In this document: positions 52,991-55,595 of the stretch, one piece after another | Position numbering within the stretch: position 1 is the first letter of the stretch | Layout of the letters: every line of letters begins with the position of its first letter | Source: Prorocentrum cordatum | Lineage: Eukaryota | Assembly: GCA_963575745.1 (NCBI GenBank) | Contig: CAUYUJ010000150.1 | Coordinates: 62,001-117,595 of the forward strand | Direction of reading: 5' to 3' | Length of the DNA stretch: 55,595 nucleotides | Translations under genes and position numbers: made by a program | The notes under the pieces: generated by a model | Seen by the model: only the letters and a program-made list of their open reading frames with translations | The model's database searches: none | What the model was told of the DNA's origin: nothing

Positions 52991-55595
52991 TCAGTACGAC
53001 GTGCTTGCCATATCGTTGTCAGCATCATCGCTGTCGGCGTACTCTTGCTGCCAAAGCAATCGTCGTCGCGAGCGTCGCCGTCGCCACTTGCTGCGTCGTC
53101 GCCAGTGGGCGCGAGCAACAGGGGGGCGCCTATGAAGCATGTGTTCCCGCCTCGTGTGGTACCTCTCCCCGGCCAGGTCCCAGGCGACCAAGAACCCGAC
53201 CACCTCCGCCACGGTGGCGTACTGGTTGACCTGGCAGTACTTGCTGCACGCCCCATGCCTGGCGAAAAACACCAGGAGCGGCGCAAAGGGTGCCCATGCA
53301 TTTGCAGTGGTTGCAGCAATAGAGGAGAGCGGCAGGGCTCATCAATAGCAGCTGCAGCGGCTTTGGCTGCGGCATCAGCAGCGGGCGCCGCAATTGCGAT
53401 AGCAGTAATCAGCAGCGGCTGCAGCAGCAATGGCGATAGCTCGGAGCGGGGGCAGAGGAGGAGAGTGTTCAGGGGAGTGGAGCAGAGAGCAATAGAGAGC
53501 ACAGACAGCGAGCAGCACGCCGCGCCTGTGAGGATTGTCACTATCAGGGCGCCCTCGACAATGACACGAAATCCACGCTCGCTGAATACCTACGATGCCA
53601 GGATGCGAGGCGGGCGGGCGCCGGGGGGGCGGGAAGGAAGGGCCCAGACGCCAGAGGCTCGGAAGGGTGAAGGAAAAGGACGTGGGAGGAGAAGGAGAAG
53701 GAACAGGGGGAGGAGGAGGAGGACGACGACGACGAGGACGAGGCAGGCGGGAGGAGGACAGGAGGAGGACAAGGGCGGATGGGGGGGAGAAGGAGGGAGA
53801 GGAGGAGGAGGACGAGGAGGAGGAGCGCCCTTCCACTCTCCTGCCCACCATCTAGGACTCACCCTTCTCTCACTGCTCACTCTGGTCTCACCTCTCCCCC
53901 ATCCTCGGTCACATCCTCGACATCCCTCCTCATGTGTTCCTCCTCTTCGCCCTGATTTGACAGTTCCAGGGGTCGCCACTCGCATGGCTGCAATTATCGA
54001 AATGCACCCTGCGCTCATGGACGCGCAAAGTAAAACCACGTCGAAACTCTGGTGACAGATCTTCGGGGGGCTGAAGAAGAATCTCAGGAGGCGGCTCAGG
54101 TGCCGGCAAGTCCTCCTCATCCGACAAATCACCGAGTGCAGGGTCTCTGTGATCGGGCCCAGGAACCCCAGGTAAGGGCAATGGCGCAGGGTCGCCGCTA
54201 GCAGAACCATCCAGGAGTGCTGGCGGCTCATCCAAATAACTCAAACCGTCTTTCAATATTTTCAGAAAGTCCAGGTCCCGAAGTTGGTCGAATCGCGGAT
54301 GGCTGTGGAGCCTGTCAAGACCTGCAGGCAATTCTAAGAGGCAGCGGTAATACCCGTTCGTTCCAAGAGATCGAATGAAGGGAGCCCCTTTCCTTTGAAT
54401 TTCATCCTCATACAGCAATGCCAAATAATATGATAATGGCCGCGAGTCCACGCTGCGAGAGAAAGCCCGTGCACCGAAAGCGTGGTCAGCCAAGGGGCCC
54501 ATCTCTGGCCGCCAACCGCGGCATGCTAACCTCAAGCACAGCAGCAATTTCGACGTGGCCTGCCCATGCTCTGCGCAGGCATTCAATATGCTTCGCGGGC
54601 GATCGAGAAGGCGATACTGGCGGTAAGACATTGCCGATTGCTTGACCTGAAGCTCGGGCTCAAGGAGGTCTTCGGAATATGTTACGATGATAGCGCCTGC
54701 CCCCTCCAAAAAGGGGACCATGCACATCCTATGCCCAGCCATGGAACAGTCGAACCACCCCTCGCGACGCTGGGACCCCTCGAAAGCGCCACGCTCCACA
54801 AGATGCTCGACCAGCCGAACAGCGTCCAATATAGTAGCTGGCTCGCTCACCCCATCTGAAGCGTCCTCAGGGCAACAGGGGGCATATGGGGGTGACAACT
54901 TCGATGGGAAAACGCAGAGTGCTTACCCCTTGCCCAGTCCTCAATCCCCCCCCAAAAAAAAAACGTTAGACTGATTAGATCACGTACATGGCTCGAAACT
55001 CTTCTTTTCTACGTCGCTCATCTCATTTGCTTATTACCCACAAAAAGTGTCAGTGTTCCGTGTCCGTCCCCCATCAACCCTTGCCAATTGCCCCTCCTTT
55101 TCGTTTCTGTCATCTCCTGGGTTTTCTACCCCTCCCAGGCCCTGCACCAGTCACCCCCTCGAGTCTGGGCGAAAGACACTTCGATCGATTAGAGGTCCTG
55201 GGTGTGAAAAGAGACGGCGGTCAACGCATCTTCAAGAGACGCAATGATAGCATCAGGAAGCTTGTAAGGTGCTCTGTGCTGAGACCCGTCATCCCACGAT
55301 ACTAACGTAGGCAGCCGCTCCACAGTGGCAAGATGCGAGGCGTCCATTACCGCAAGTCGAGAAGAACTCGCTACTTCGATGGCCCCACGGGGCCCACCTG
55401 CCCTCGCTTCCAGGACAACTATTCCGAATTCGGTTTTGCTCCAGGCCAAATGGGTTGGTCGCAACACCTTCCGTTTGTGCCGCGAGACCGAAACGACCCG
55501 AAAGAAAACGTGCGAGTCGATTGCGTCCAAAATATCAATTGGTCTCCCAACGGCGGAGCAAAGGGTCTCGACTGCCAGCGCAAGCGAGGGAAGCT
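52991..55595 (-). CDS. 3' part of a large hypothetical protein running off the window; exons >55595-55198, 54865-53977, 53589-53553, 53258-(~53130 or 52991); C-terminal His/Cys cluster
   Basis: In-frame joins CAG|GA..GAG|GAC, G|GC..TAG|GT and GG|GC..CAG|G give ...RVHFDNCSHASG-IQRAWISCHCRG-HGACSKYCQVNQYATVAEVVGFLVAWDLAG...REH. The frame is open to the window edge. Confidence 0.7.

Overview
Eukaryotic, GC-rich, repeat-laden DNA, most likely from a dinoflagellate nuclear genome. This is inferred from two dinoflagellate spliced-leader (DinoSL) relics and from GT/GC/GA-AG introns; the species cannot be determined. Layout: (1) 0.2-8.4 kb holds satellites, namely three tandem copies of a composite (GTT)n + 21-bp-minisatellite unit, then a 90-bp minisatellite. 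(2) 9.0-11.0 kb is an intronless multi-TM protein with PAS-like domains, followed by a 73-bp satellite, a possible decayed LINE relic and more simple repeats. (3) About 21.8-36.2 kb is a decayed + strand gene train ending in a CACTA/EnSpm-type DDE transposase pseudogene, bracketed by inverted subterminal GTTG(T/C)AAG motifs, probably a ~14 kb cargo-carrying DNA transposon. (4) 38.6-55.6 kb is an apparently intact - strand cassette of spliced genes. Its centrepiece, invisible in the ORF track, is a 7-exon, 606-aa C5 cytosine DNA methyltransferase with the conserved motifs in order. Its 6.6-kb third intron contains a second same-strand spliced gene (~978 aa: Q/P repeat, CxxC-CxxC finger, degenerate JmjC/cupin-like C-terminus) preceded by its own SL relic. 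Three genes of the cassette share one coding QQPP minisatellite. All gene models are manual reconstructions from splice signals and frame continuity, without transcript or database support.
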